44,588 bases of DNA, taken from IMG/VR virus record IMGVR_UViG_3300042355_000725, positions 1-44,588 of that record, one strand, 5' to 3'. The notes below the pieces were generated by a model. The model searched no databases, was not told the origin of the DNA, and saw nothing but the letters and a program-made list of their open reading frames with translations. The first letter of the stretch is position 1. Each line of letters begins with the position of its first letter. Both the position numbers and the translations under genes were made by a program. Source of the DNA: a virus (taxonomy: Duplodnaviria > Caudoviricetes). Positions 43,546 through 44,588 of this stretch are shown here, piece after piece.

Positions 43546-44588
43546 CTATGTTGCGATCAATCCGAGGGTACGCATACGACTAAGCAGTGCGTTGAGTTGA
43601 GTTATCACGCTAGCTGCATCGGTTGCGTCTGCGACTGCGGTTGGCTGTACCACTGGCGTAGCGTTGAAAAAGCCGAGTTTCTGCGTTGTCGCTGTGCCGA
43701 TTTTGGTGCCGGTAGTTGTGCCAACTGCAATGTCTAGTGCATCGGCAATCGTAAACAAACCAGCGGTCCCAATCGTCAACCTCGTCGTCCCATCCGTCTG
43801 CAACTCCAGTGCCCTAGCACTGCCTGTGCCAGCTTTCTCTGTGCCGATGCGGTATGCCGTGCCAGTGGTGTTGTACTCCAAGAACATGCGTTCGTAGTTC
43901 GAGGAGTTGGTAAACGTTCCATAAAGGTTGAAACGCTGTGCATTTCCGGCATTTCTCTGGGCGAGGGTTTGGGCGGCATCACGATAGAGGAATAGATCCG
44001 ACGTGGCATTCTGATTAACTTGTGTGTCACTCGACCAGAAAAAGGCCCCGCTTGAAATTACCTGTACACCGTTAGTGCCCAGCTTGACCCGCTGCAAATT
44101 ATTTATCACAGCAGTCGGAAAACCATTACCATCTATACCAAATCCATACCCGTCAAAACCCATTTCGAGTGATAATCCGGTAGTTCCGACACCGCCAGCA
44201 GTAGCTAATAATCCTGCCTCTGTCCTGACAGTACCTGTTTTACTAACTCTTGCCTTACTACTACCTCCAACCTGCAAGTTCATCAGCAGCGAACTGGACG
44301 ACGAAGCAGTGTCGGTGACGTTGAGCTTGAACGCTGTCGGAATGCCGGTTGTGTTCCAGGTAGCCGATGCATCAATTAAAGATGTAGCTTGCGATCCAGT
44401 CAGCGATTGACCAGAAAGAGCGAGAGCAAGAAACGTCGGTGTATTGCCAGACCCCAACCCGAGATTCGTGCGTGCCGTTGCTGCGTTGGTGACATCGCTC
44501 AGGTTGCTTGCCTTAACCAACAGACCGCTCAAGTCCTGGTCGCCGGTGTTCGTGCCACTTGAAGTGCCGCTAAACGTGCCGGATTGCG
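43546..44588 (-). CDS. Tail fibre protein, 3' part (includes allele B)
   Basis: KASNLSDVTNAATARTNLGL...KLGFFNATPVVQ...LNALLSRMRTLGLIAT; continuous with 949..346. Confidence 0.9.
   Translation of the reverse strand, partial: QSGTFSGTSSGTNTGDQDLSGLLVKASNLSDVTNAATARTNLGLGSGNTPTFLALALSGQSLTGSQATSLIDASATWNTTGIPTAFKLNVTDTASSSSSLLMNLQVGGSSKARVSKTGTVRTEAGLLATAGGVGTTGLSLEMGFDGYGFGIDGNGFPTAVINNLQRVKLGTNGVQVISSGAFFWSSDTQVNQNATSDLFLYRDAAQTLAQRNAGNAQRFNLYGTFTNSSNYERMFLEYNTTGTAYRIGTEKAGTGSARALELQTDGTTRLTIGTAGLFTIADALDIAVGTTTGTKIGTATTQKLGFFNATPVVQPTAVADATDAASVITQLNALLSRMRTLGLIAT
44241..44588. repeat. Terminal overlap, allele B of the tail-fibre segment
   Basis: Counterpart of 1-345; 3 nt longer, frame preserved. 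Confidence 0.95.

Larger units (their letters stand above)
1..44588. mobile_element. Complete circular temperate tailed phage genome (excised form, ~44,240 bp)
   Basis: Terminase, portal, capsid, tail, integrase with attP and replication genes are all present and there are no host genes. The contig ends overlap (1-55 = 44241-44295; 291-345 = 44534-44588) and the tail-fibre ORF reads across the join. Confidence 0.93.

Noticed and set aside
44241-44588. Physical direct terminal repeats
   Set aside because: The identical blocks are exactly 55 bp, a common assembler k-mer, and fall mid-gene; an assembly bubble on a circle explains them better.

Overview
The window is almost certainly one complete circular temperate tailed-phage genome of about 44.24 kb. 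The host is inferred to be a planctomycete, from the CsrA paralogue, the style of the attC sites and an endolysin-free lysis region. The contig ends share two exact 55-bp blocks that enclose two different in-frame alleles of a tail-fibre segment. All genes except the tyrosine integrase are on the minus strand. Modules: (1) integrase and a tRNA-Ser(GCT) 3' fragment (attP); (2) an HTH regulator with two operator-overlapped promoters; (3) an early operon (CsrA, YqaJ, Bet, repeat-containing replication initiator); (4) RusA, then a papain-protease/thioredoxin/holin region; (5) tail fibre, TerS/TerL, Mu-like head and neck genes, tail tube, TMP-like protein and a frameshifting chaperone. Two features stand out. 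The first is an integrase-less integron cassette array in the early operon (5141-7880): an attI-like site, five complete attC sites and one half site, with each cassette's two core sites complementary. Every cassette ORF is inverted relative to normal integrons, and several have their RBS and ATG inside the attC loop. The second is a 2,947-aa portal protein fused to a DarB-like methyltransferase/SNF2 helicase and a zeta-toxin-like kinase, carrying a nested out-of-frame gene and followed by an ADP-ribosyltransferase-MuF fusion. All calls are by eye; no searches were run.
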